From: Planctomycetales bacterium
GTDB lineage: Bacteria; 4484-113; JAFGCY01
DNA: 32,000 nucleotides
NCBI GenBank assembly: GCA_022646745.1
Contig: CP060262.1
Coordinates: 510,001 to 542,000, forward strand
Direction: 5' to 3'
Shown here: positions 6,958 through 15,496 of the stretch, one piece after another
Layout of the letters: each line of letters opens with the position of its first letter
Position numbering within the stretch: the stretch's first letter is position 1
Made by a program: the position numbers and the translations under genes
Notes under the pieces: generated by a model
What the model saw: only the letters and a program-made list of their open reading frames with translations
The model's database searches: none
What the model was told of the DNA's origin: nothing

Positions 6958-8733
6958 CTAGGGGTAGCGTTGTTCCCGGATGATGATGCTTGCCGGGTAG
7001 AAGCCACCGTTGAGCGGAATGGCGCGGATGCGAAGGAGCTTGGTCTCCCCCGGCCGGAGCGGAATGTCCTTCAGCAACTGCTCCTCGCCCGAGGCCACCA
7101 GTGAAGTGCCGACATATTCATCATCTATGAAGAACTGCCCCTTGACCTCGCCCGCGCTGGCCCGCAGCACGACAAACACCAGGGCCGGATAGTTGTGCAG
7201 GTTCTTCAGCTCGACGTTGTAGCTGTGTGTCATGCCATAGCAGCCCTGCAGCACAGAGCTGTCACTGAGGCTCGCGGGCAGCTGACTGCCGAGGCGCATG
7301 TAAAGCCAGTTGTCCCCGGTGTTGTACTTGATGTCCGCGTTAACGAAGGGCTCGCCGAAGACGCAGTAGCTGGCCTCCCCCTTGCTCTCCAGCGCCCAGG
7401 GCGGGACCGGGCTGCCGTGGTTCACGCTCATCACCTCAAGCCGCAGCTCTCCGCCACCCAGGCTTGAGAGGGTCATGTAGCCACTGGCGGTCATGCCATG
7501 CCGCATCCGCTGGTTCACGATGAAGGCCTGGCCACCGGCCGGGATCTCCAGCACATAGCCATTGCCGGCATTCAGGTTCGTCCAGTAGTTCTCGGCGGAA
7601 CGGTAACCAACATAAAAGGTATTCACATCCGGCTCAGCCAGCCCGGGAATCACGTGCACGCTGGCTGCACTGCCGCCGGTATTGAGCAGACGGCAGACGA
7701 GGTCGAGGTCTGAGCCGCTCTGGTTCTGGTGATGGAACACCAGCCGGCCGGCCTGCTGGCCATTGAGCTTCGAGAAGTACAGCAGCTGGGCGCGGCTGAC
7801 ACGCTCCGGGCGGTTGGAGAACCAGGTGAGGTTCTCGCGCGGCAGGTGCAGGCGGCGGTTCTCCACGGTCAGCTGCTCACTGCCCTTGGATCCACCACCG
7901 CCTCCGGGCTGGCTGGAAATCCAGTCCAGCTTGAGCTGCTTCTCGCGACCAGGGGCCACGCGCAGGCCGTCAGTGTTCCAGAGGATGCGACTGTCGGGCG
8001 TCAACTGGTGCCGGTTGCGGATCAGGTTGTCAATGCCTTCGCGGATCACGGGCAGGGCGGCGCTGTCACCAGTGACCACCACACGGTCCGCTGCTCCCTG
8101 GTGGCCACTTGCCACACTGCCTGGCGCTGGCGGATCGAACACGCGATGTCCACCGGACTTTATCAGCCCGGCATTGTCGCTGGCACCCTCTGCGCGGCTG
8201 CCCTGCGGCCGTGCGGCAATTCCCCCACCTGCCGGCCCTTCCGTGGCGGGCATCACGGGGGTGCTGTTGGATTGGCTGGATTGCCCTGACTGCGGCTGCA
8301 CGGCTGGCGCGCTGACTCCCAGTGCGAGGTTGATGTTGTTCATCCAGCTCAGGCAGAGCTCTTCCGGATCCGCTCCCCAGGCCTTGCCTTCCATGTCGGT
8401 TGCCAGCAGCAGCAGCTCGCCATCCAGCATCAGTTTCCACTGGCGCTCAGCCGACTCGTCCTCCTCGATATTGAGCGAGGTTCGACCATGGCGGTATGCC
8501 GAACTCAACTGCACGCTGGCCAGGGACAGGTTGCGCAGCGGGGTGCGGTTGCGCTGGTTCTTGGTCAGGCGCACCACGGTCTCGCCATTTACGACGAGAG
8601 CAATGGCGGGCTTACCATTGGGGGTGGCGGAGGGACGAGTCTCGATGCGGATGCTGTCCTGGGCCGCCAGCGGTGCACTGAGCAGGGCGCAGAGCGCGGG
8701 CAGCAACAGCATGGACAAAAGGACTCGGGGCAT
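6958..8733 (-). CDS. Secreted protein, 591 aa, hypothetical (N-terminal domain, Gly/Ser/Gln/Pro linker, large C-terminal beta-rich region)
   Basis: Signal peptide MPRVLLSMLLLPALCALLSAPLAA|QD. Low-complexity linker around QPQSGQSSQSNSTPVMPATEGPAGGG. No family recognised by eye. Same strand as paralog A and immediately downstream of it. Confidence 0.85.
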   Translation of the reverse strand: MPRVLLSMLLLPALCALLSAPLAAQDSIRIETRPSATPNGKPAIALVVNGETVVRLTKNQRNRTPLRNLSLASVQLSSAYRHGRTSLNIEEDESAERQWKLMLDGELLLLATDMEGKAWGADPEELCLSWMNNINLALGVSAPAVQPQSGQSSQSNSTPVMPATEGPAGGGIAARPQGSRAEGASDNAGLIKSGGHRVFDPPAPGSVASGHQGAADRVVVTGDSAALPVIREGIDNLIRNRHQLTPDSRILWNTDGLRVAPGREKQLKLDWISSQPGGGGGSKGSEQLTVENRRLHLPRENLTWFSNRPERVSRAQLLYFSKLNGQQAGRLVFHHQNQSGSDLDLVCRLLNTGGSAASVHVIPGLAEPDVNTFYVGYRSAENYWTNLNAGNGYVLEIPAGGQAFIVNQRMRHGMTASGYMTLSSLGGGELRLEVMSVNHGSPVPPWALESKGEASYCVFGEPFVNADIKYNTGDNWLYMRLGSQLPASLSDSSVLQGCYGMTHSYNVELKNLHNYPALVFVVLRASAGEVKGQFFIDDEYVGTSLVASGEEQLLKDIPLRPGETKLLRIRAIPLNGGFYPASIIIREQRYP

Positions 8734-8743
8734 CTGAAGCGCG

Positions 8744-8749
8744 ATTATA
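8744..8749 (-). promoter_or_regulatory. Perfect TATAAT -10 only 10 nt upstream of the 591-aa gene ATG (possible leaderless mRNA)
   Basis: The minus strand reads ..GGATTGCTATAATCGCGCTTCAGATG. No SD lies between the -10 and ATG 8733. The context gcTATAATcg matches the paralog-A promoter. The -35 region is poor. Confidence 0.35.
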
Positions 8750-8822
8750 GCAATCCGGCACCAGCTGATCTCAGGACCGCCGGTATCAGGATGCAGCGCT
8801 GGCTAGCGGTGTTCATGTCTGC

Positions 8823-11800
8823 TCAGATTGTGCGGACATACTTCACATCCCCACTGATGAGGTCCAGCCAGAAGATGTACCAGCGACCGTCCGGCCCGGT
8901 TGCCAGTTCGGCCCGGCTCCAGCGCTGGTCTTCACCGCCAAGCGGCAGGGGCAGCTGCTCCCACTCGCCGAAGTTGCTCCATTCGAACCAGTTGCGTGCT
9001 TCCGAGTTTGCCGCGGTCAATGAAACGTTGGTCTGGCTGTTTGCCTGCATGTCGCTGACAGTGATGTGCGGGTCGCTTGTAAAGGAGAGTTCCTCCCAGC
9101 CTGGAAGGTACTCAGCCGAGATATCCTTCGAATCCACAAACTCAATGCGCTGCGGCCGTCTTTCAAAGCCGTAATGGACATGCCAGCAGAAGCGAGCGGG
9201 AGATGAATCATTGGTCGTGAAGGCTGCCCCGTCCATACCGCGCGTGGCAAATTCATAACTGCGATCAAAGTCGGTCTGGGTCTGCCAGAGCTGGTATTTC
9301 TGATTGCTGCCCGCCACAAAGATCACATATGTAGAGTAGCTGTTCGCCACGCCGCCTGCCCGCATGAGCACCGCCTGTCCATTGCCATAAATTGCATAAC
9401 CGTCCCAGACCGGCCCGTTGCCAAACAGAAAATCAACAGGGGGAAGGCCATACTGGCTGTAGCGGTACTTCCCTGCTGATAAATTTGAAACATCAAATCC
9501 CAGATATTCGTTTGAATACTGGCAAAACTGCGGCCAGCAGTCGTCGTTTATCGGCGAAGAATATGTTGAGGACCATGCGCCTCCGATCCATTGCCAGACT
9601 TCCGTGCTGTTTCCATCACGGGCACACAGCCTGAAATCCCCGTTATTCAGCACCCCGAGCTGTGCATGGCTGAATCCGTCTAGCGCATCATCCGCGGAAT
9701 AGTCGGTTCCATTCGTGCTCAGGTAATGCTGCACTGCGGAATTCCCTTGCGAAACGATGTGCATCTGGGACGAGTCCGCCAGTGCATGCAGCTGGCTGCC
9801 TTCAAAGCTGGTGGACTCGAAAACAAACACTGGGTCAGGCGGGGCACTGTCTCCCGCGGCATAAAGCCTGACAGCCCCGCTTGCCCCTTGCTCATAGATC
9901 CTGAATTGGCCATTTGGCAATCGGCAGGTCGCGAGGTCCACCCCGCCCTTTGCTTCCTGCAATTCATGCAGGATTCCCCAGCCGGATTCACTGCGTTGCC
10001 AGACGCGCGTACGCCCCTCCGTGTGGTCTGTGATGATTGCATAGACCTCACCTCCAGACGCAAGCAGCCGCGCCTCGGGATAGTCCGAATTCTGCGGATC
10101 AAGTACGGATGGAAAGCTCCAGTTCAGGTCCTCATCCAGCATCTCCGTGTAGAGCTGGTCAATTCCGTCAAAGAAGAGCACGGCGGGCCGGCCGGTCTGT
10201 GGAACTTCACACAATTCGTAGTACTGTGGCGGGACCGGTGCAATCTGATGCGAAGTTGCATTCAACTCCCTGTCCATGCTGATCATCGTCAGGTTCGGGG
10301 CAAGGATGACAATGTCAACCTGGTCGCTAACCGGATTGTAGACTGCCCGGATCGGGCTGGTTGCCGACAGTCCTGTTGCCAATTCCTTGCTTTGGTAATT
10401 CCTCCTGGACTGAGCGACAAGCGTGTAGTTCGGTGCCGTACCGGAAAAGTAGAACACCCAGAGTTCATCTGCCCCGTCGCTTGCGAGCGCAAGGCGATTA
10501 TCAAGGCAGGACTGCTCAATGGAGTCAAACAGTTCCATTGTGGCTCCGTTCCAGGAGTAGATCTTGAAGTAACTATCACCAGAGACGGCGAACACGCTCT
10601 GGGAGTGAAAGTCAGTGAGGCGCGACATGCGGAAGTCGCCAGTGAACGGCAGGGGCAGGAACTTCCAGCTATCCGAACCGTCCGGGGCCGTGCTGACCGC
10701 CGTAATGCCTGGCACAAGCAGGTCCCGGCAGATCAGGGTGCTGCCACCGGCAGGGTAACAGGACGCATCATATCCATCTGCACGTGCAAACTCCGGCGTA
10801 GCTTCAATCGCAGTGCCGGCTTCGCCTTCCCACTGGGGATAGACCTTCAGGTAACGCCTTGCCTGCTGGGTCCGCATGTTGCTCGTGATCCGGAAATCGA
10901 TCCTGTAGCAGCCAGGCTGCAAGGTGAAGGTCTGGACTGCCGCAGCGGACTTGCTCACCGGCATGCCGTAGCCGAAGTTGATTTCATATTCGTCTATAGG
11001 GGTACCGTCAGGGTCAAAACTGCCTGACATGTCGATCTCCACTTCGGCTGGTCCAAGCAGGGGACCGACTGGCATCCGGATGACCGGCACGGGCGTCGCA
11101 TCGCCATTAAACGTGTAGTACCGCCGTTCGACACCGTAGCTGAAGTTGCCATTCCGGTCGAAGCTGTTTACCCGGTACATGTAGATCTCGCCGGGCTCTG
11201 AATCGAGATCCACGAAGTAATTGACGTTAATCGGTTCGGGCATCAGCGCCAGCCAGTCACCGCCCTGCCAGTTGCGCCGTTCCACAACATAGCCGGCGAA
11301 ATCCGGCCGCCAGGCATCAGGGCTCGGGTCCCATGAGATCCTCACGTGGTCTCCCGCAGTGCTTTGCCTGTACATGGAAAGTGCTGCGGGAGCCCTGCCG
11401 CCGGAGTCCACGCCGAGCTGCAGTGAAGTCAGCGTGAAGGAACTGCCTGGGCTGGAAATGACAGCAATATAAATCCTGCCGAAGCGGGATATGTTGTCAG
11501 ACTGGCTGGGATGCAGCGCGGCGGGGTCAAACTCCGCCTCGCCGTCGCCTGACAGCGCTTCACTGAAATGCCAGCGCCCGTCCACGTAGTCCGTCCAGCC
11601 GAGGTGGTAGGTGCCGCTGAGCGACTCGACAGTGCTGCGTAGGGAGGTCGGCGCATTGTCCCCGTCCCAGCCGCTGACTGCCCAGAGTTTCCAGCAGGCC
11701 TGCTCGCCACCAAACTTCAGATCAGCGCCGTTGGGAACCACGCCACTTTCATCGTTGGCAAGACCGGGACCGGTCAGCTCGATGGAGTGCCAGCCGGGTC

Positions 11801-11984
11801 CGGCTATGCTGCCGGCCTTGAGGCCGTCCAGCCCTGCTGCCACCGGCAGGCCGCCCGCAGTGAACTGTGTAGCTGCGGACTGCGAAAGCTCCAAGGACCT
11901 TGAAGTGCCGTTTGCGGCACAACCGACAAGCAGCACTGCAGTTATGGCAATGAAGCACAGGCGACGAAGAGCAAGCATGGGCAT
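8823..11984 (-). CDS. Paralog A: large lipoprotein (N-module, FN3-like, PKD-like, Asp-box propeller-like region, conserved C-terminal signature)
   Basis: Start refined to ATG 11984 (GGTGGAGG 6 nt upstream), giving MPMLALRRLCFIAITAVLLVGC (lipobox L-V-G-C). Family motifs: IAGPGWHS, WDGDNAPTSLR, DGRWHF, DFAGYVVERR...YMYRVNSFDRNGN, GPLLGPAEVEIDMSGSFDPDGTPIDEY, LQPGCY, LKVYPQW, FEWSNFGEWEQLPLP...GPDGRWYIFWLD. 1,053 aa. Confidence 0.9.
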   Translation of the reverse strand: MPMLALRRLCFIAITAVLLVGCAANGTSRSLELSQSAATQFTAGGLPVAAGLDGLKAGSIAGPGWHSIELTGPGLANDESGVVPNGADLKFGGEQACWKLWAVSGWDGDNAPTSLRSTVESLSGTYHLGWTDYVDGRWHFSEALSGDGEAEFDPAALHPSQSDNISRFGRIYIAVISSPGSSFTLTSLQLGVDSGGRAPAALSMYRQSTAGDHVRISWDPSPDAWRPDFAGYVVERRNWQGGDWLALMPEPINVNYFVDLDSEPGEIYMYRVNSFDRNGNFSYGVERRYYTFNGDATPVPVIRMPVGPLLGPAEVEIDMSGSFDPDGTPIDEYEINFGYGMPVSKSAAAVQTFTLQPGCYRIDFRITSNMRTQQARRYLKVYPQWEGEAGTAIEATPEFARADGYDASCYPAGGSTLICRDLLVPGITAVSTAPDGSDSWKFLPLPFTGDFRMSRLTDFHSQSVFAVSGDSYFKIYSWNGATMELFDSIEQSCLDNRLALASDGADELWVFYFSGTAPNYTLVAQSRRNYQSKELATGLSATSPIRAVYNPVSDQVDIVILAPNLTMISMDRELNATSHQIAPVPPQYYELCEVPQTGRPAVLFFDGIDQLYTEMLDEDLNWSFPSVLDPQNSDYPEARLLASGGEVYAIITDHTEGRTRVWQRSESGWGILHELQEAKGGVDLATCRLPNGQFRIYEQGASGAVRLYAAGDSAPPDPVFVFESTSFEGSQLHALADSSQMHIVSQGNSAVQHYLSTNGTDYSADDALDGFSHAQLGVLNNGDFRLCARDGNSTEVWQWIGGAWSSTYSSPINDDCWPQFCQYSNEYLGFDVSNLSAGKYRYSQYGLPPVDFLFGNGPVWDGYAIYGNGQAVLMRAGGVANSYSTYVIFVAGSNQKYQLWQTQTDFDRSYEFATRGMDGAAFTTNDSSPARFCWHVHYGFERRPQRIEFVDSKDISAEYLPGWEELSFTSDPHITVSDMQANSQTNVSLTAANSEARNWFEWSNFGEWEQLPLPLGGEDQRWSRAELATGPDGRWYIFWLDLISGDVKYVRTI

Positions 11985-12044
11985 GCGATACCTCCACCCG
12001 GATCTGTTCCGGCACAGACATACCAAGCCCGGGGCCGTCCCGCC

Positions 12045-12074
12045 TGGACTGCTGTTGCTTGTCAGACGATTATA
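12045..12074 (-). promoter_or_regulatory. Paralog-A promoter: TATAAT (-10) plus conserved leader box CAACAGCAGTCCA
   Basis: The minus strand reads CGCTATAATCGTCTGACAAGCAACAGCAGTCCA. The TATAAT is at 12074-12069 and the box at 12057-12045. The same 13-mer recurs upstream of paralog B at the same distance from a TATATT. Confidence 0.45.
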
Positions 12075-12170
12075 GCGGTTATCCGTGACCGGAAGTCAGC
12101 TGCAGGAATACAGGCTTACGTCCGGAAGCATGCCAACAGCAGGCAGGCAGGCAACAGTTCAGGCTTGTCC

Positions 12171-15100
12171 CTACAGCGTGCTGAGCACCTTCACTTCATC
12201 CGTCGCCAGGTCGCGATAGAACAGGTGCCAGCGTCCATCCGGCCCGGTGGCCAGCTGGCCCTGGGAGTAGTGGCGGCCGGCCGGCAGGGAGAGAGTCTCC
12301 CAGTCACCGAAGTTGCTCCACTCCAGCAGGTGTTCCGGCCCACTGTTGTCAGATACGAAGGCCACGCTGCACAGCCCGTTGCTGCTCATCGAGCTGACCG
12401 TGCGCCGCAGCTCGCCGGCCTGGAAAAGCGGGTTGCTGAATGGCAGGGTCTCCCAGCTGAGGTTGCCGAACAGGGAATAGCTCACGCGAATCGGGGTGAT
12501 TTCCGGGCCATAGGCCACATGCCAGCAAGGGACGGGAATCGCAAAGGGCTGGGAGACCATGATCGAACCGTCGATCACACGGCTGGCCACGAAATAGTCT
12601 TCGGCAAATGCCATGACCGGATCGCAGACATATTCGATCTCCGGATTACCCTGCTTGATGACACCTAGCTTTGAGTCCTTGATGCCGGTTCCGCCAAATG
12701 CCACCAGGCTGACGGCATCACTTGAATGGATCACCGGCTGGCCGTCCCAGACCGGCAGTCCATCCAGCTGGATGTCGGACTGAGGGTCGCCGGACATCTT
12801 TGTGCGCATGTAGGGTGGCACATTCGTGCGGTCGTCAACGGAGAAGTAGTACGACAGCTCACCTGACAGCAGCGGGCGTACGTCATTCGATGAATCAAGC
12901 GTATGCTCGGCCACGAAGGCATTGCCATCCCAGCGGACCAGCTGCGCGAACCCGGGGGTGTAATAACCCATGAACATGTTGCCAAGTATGTCACTGCAGA
13001 GACGCGGGAAAGAACCGTTGGGAACCACGGGGTCCTCGGTCCAGTTGACGGCATCGCTGCTGTGGAAGTGGTAGATCTTGCCCGCCCGCACCTGCACCAT
13101 GTGCAGCTCATTCGTGGATGAGGAAGCCATCATGTGCAGGCCGTTTCCAACCACGCCGGGCACCACATCCACTTCGCTTTCGCTGTCCGTCGAGGTGATG
13201 TCATCGATCCGCAGATCCCAGCTCGCCAGGTTCATGAAACGGCGGAAGCGGCTATCACCGGGGATGCGCAGCAGTTCCTGCGGCCCGTAGCACTGCGGGA
13301 AGTCAGCCGTGTTGACGACCGTCCAGAGGCCCGCATCATTGCGGTACAGCCTCGCTACACCATTCGTACTGTCCACCAGCTGGGCATACTGCGTGCCATC
13401 CACGCAGAGCAGGTCGCCACCGCCGAACTGCTGGTTGACAGCGTCCACGGTCTGCGGGGCGGACCAGCTGAGCAGGTCCTCGTTGAGCGCGCTGTAGAAG
13501 TGCTGCGTCCCCTGGAACATCAAAACGCAGGGCCGGCCGGTGGCCGGGTCCTGCTCAATGTTCACGGTATTGGTCGCTGCCGCACTGATGACCGCCGTGT
13601 CCATCGAGCCATCCGCATGGCGGCGGATCCAGCTCGCATTGTTGCCTCCATAGATTATGTCCAGCGAATCGCTGACGGGGTCATACTGCATGTCAACGTA
13701 GCCCAGCGTGGGCAGCCCGGCCATGATTACCTGGCTTCCGCCGGGCTGCAGGTCCGTCAGCATCAGGCTGTAATCCAGGCCGTTATTGAACATGTAGGCG
13801 TAGTAGATCTCGTCTGCGGCGTTCGCCGCAATGGCGAAGCGATCCGTGTTCGAGAGGGTATAGGCGTAGTCAAGGTAACCCAGTTTGCTGCCATCCCAGT
13901 AGAAGGCTGTTTCTCGGGTGGGCTGGTACACGCTGAACAGCCAGCCCTGGCTCGTGCGAGCCGGTTCGCTCAGCAGGCCGTTGCCCGTTCCCAGCAGCGG
14001 CAGGTAGTCCCAGCTGCTGCTGCCATCGAGGTGCTGGGTGAGGGCGGTGATGCCGGGCTGCATGATGTCGTAGAACACGAGCGTGCTGCTGCCATCCGGA
14101 TTGTCCACTGCCTTCATGGAGGCCGCGCGCGGGATCGCGTTCGGGCCGCTGACAACGGTGGTGGGATCTGCCTGCCACTGCGGGTAGACCTTCAGGTAGG
14201 CATCCGTCGTGCCGGTCTTGCCATTGCTGAGGCCGGCAATCGTGATGTAGTAGCAACCAGGCTGCAGGGTCACAGTATTCACCGGATCCGGCGAGACAAG
14301 GTATGGCGTGTTGGCCCCGAAGGATATGGAATAGGCCGTGATATCCGTTCCATCAGGGTCATAGCTGTCGCTGAGGTCAATCGTTATCTGGGCCGGCCCA
14401 TGCAGTGGCCCCGTCGGCATTTTCGCAATCATCACAGGCGGTGCATCAAAGGCGGCATCGGCGAACAGGTTCTTGCTCTGCCCGTAGCTTACGTTGCCGG
14501 CTGTGTCCCAGCTGCCGATGCGGTAACGCATGATCTGTCCCGGCGGAATGTCCAGGTCGGTGAAGTGGTTGTCGCGCAGCAGCACAGGGTTCAGCGGCAG
14601 CCAGGCTCCACCTGACTGGGGCTGGCGCTCGATGCTGTACCCGAGGAAGTCCGCGTCATTGAATGACCCGCTGTGCTGCCAGCTGAACATGATGTTGGTT
14701 GCCGAGCTGCCGTCAAAGATCTGGCCGACCGGCAGTGGCCCGTCGCTGCCACCATAGGCCCCGACTTCCATTGCATCCAGGTGCAGGCTGCCACCGGGAG
14801 GCACGACCAGCGCGATGTAGTGCAGTCCCAGTGGGGACGTATATCGCTTTGGGCTGGCAAATGGATCTTCCGGGTCGTACTGCTGCTCTGTGTCGCCATT
14901 GAAGGGACCGAACATCTTCCAGCGGCCGCTGAAGAAATCGGAACAAGCCAGGTAGTACTCCCCGCTGACCGAACTGACCAGGCAGTTGAGTCCGGTCGGG
15001 GCCGAATCGCCCGGCCAGGGTCCGACCGCCCAGATCTTCCAGGCAGCCTGCACGCCCGCATCAAACTGCCAGCCGCCGCCATCCATCACGGCCTGGCTCG

Positions 15101-15368
15101 CCTGCTGGGAGAAGTCCGGCTGGTCCAGTGCAAGTTCATACCATCCCGGAGCTGCCAGCGATGTCGCATGCTGGATACCGAGCGCCTGGGGGACGGCCTC
15201 TCCGAGGCTGCCCATGGAAGGCAGCATCCCCGCATCGACTGATTCCGGCATGGAGTCATCAACACCGGTCGAGGCAGGTCGGGATGAGCAGCCTGACGCA
15301 AGCAATGCTGCAGCAATGAGCAAGGACAGGGCACAGCTGATGCTGGCCCGGATTCGGACTGCAATCAC
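12171..15368 (-). CDS. Paralog B: large lipoprotein of the same family
   Basis: Start refined to GTG 15368 (GGTGGGAG 7 nt upstream; track start TTG 15374 abuts the SD). Signal peptide MIAVRIRASISCALSLLIAAALLASGC. Motifs: AAPGWYEL, WPGDSAPTGLN, SGRWKMFGPF, DFLGYSIERQ...RYRIGSWDTAGN, GPLHGPAQITIDLSDSYDPDGTDITAY, LQPGCY, LKVYPQW, LEWSNFGDWETLSLP...GPDGRWHLFYRD. 1,065 aa. Confidence 0.9.
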   Translation of the reverse strand: MIAVRIRASISCALSLLIAAALLASGCSSRPASTGVDDSMPESVDAGMLPSMGSLGEAVPQALGIQHATSLAAPGWYELALDQPDFSQQASQAVMDGGGWQFDAGVQAAWKIWAVGPWPGDSAPTGLNCLVSSVSGEYYLACSDFFSGRWKMFGPFNGDTEQQYDPEDPFASPKRYTSPLGLHYIALVVPPGGSLHLDAMEVGAYGGSDGPLPVGQIFDGSSATNIMFSWQHSGSFNDADFLGYSIERQPQSGGAWLPLNPVLLRDNHFTDLDIPPGQIMRYRIGSWDTAGNVSYGQSKNLFADAAFDAPPVMIAKMPTGPLHGPAQITIDLSDSYDPDGTDITAYSISFGANTPYLVSPDPVNTVTLQPGCYYITIAGLSNGKTGTTDAYLKVYPQWQADPTTVVSGPNAIPRAASMKAVDNPDGSSTLVFYDIMQPGITALTQHLDGSSSWDYLPLLGTGNGLLSEPARTSQGWLFSVYQPTRETAFYWDGSKLGYLDYAYTLSNTDRFAIAANAADEIYYAYMFNNGLDYSLMLTDLQPGGSQVIMAGLPTLGYVDMQYDPVSDSLDIIYGGNNASWIRRHADGSMDTAVISAAATNTVNIEQDPATGRPCVLMFQGTQHFYSALNEDLLSWSAPQTVDAVNQQFGGGDLLCVDGTQYAQLVDSTNGVARLYRNDAGLWTVVNTADFPQCYGPQELLRIPGDSRFRRFMNLASWDLRIDDITSTDSESEVDVVPGVVGNGLHMMASSSTNELHMVQVRAGKIYHFHSSDAVNWTEDPVVPNGSFPRLCSDILGNMFMGYYTPGFAQLVRWDGNAFVAEHTLDSSNDVRPLLSGELSYYFSVDDRTNVPPYMRTKMSGDPQSDIQLDGLPVWDGQPVIHSSDAVSLVAFGGTGIKDSKLGVIKQGNPEIEYVCDPVMAFAEDYFVASRVIDGSIMVSQPFAIPVPCWHVAYGPEITPIRVSYSLFGNLSWETLPFSNPLFQAGELRRTVSSMSSNGLCSVAFVSDNSGPEHLLEWSNFGDWETLSLPAGRHYSQGQLATGPDGRWHLFYRDLATDEVKVLSTL

Positions 15369-15425
15369 AAGCAAACTCCCACCGACGCTAACCGGATTTC
15401 ACAGAGCCAACCCGTGGCAGTCAGT

Positions 15426-15456
15426 TGGACTGCTGTTGTTTGGCTAGAGAAATATA
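15426..15456 (-). promoter_or_regulatory. Paralog-B promoter: TATATT (-10) plus conserved leader box CAACAGCAGTCCA
   Basis: The minus strand reads GGCTATATTTCTCTAGCCAAACAACAGCAGTCCA. The -10 is at 15456-15451 and the box at 15438-15426. A short CCCC-GCGCA-GGGG hairpin lies immediately upstream. Confidence 0.4.
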
Positions 15457-15496
15457 GCCCCTGCGCGGGGATTGCCGCCGGATTTCCGCACAGCCC

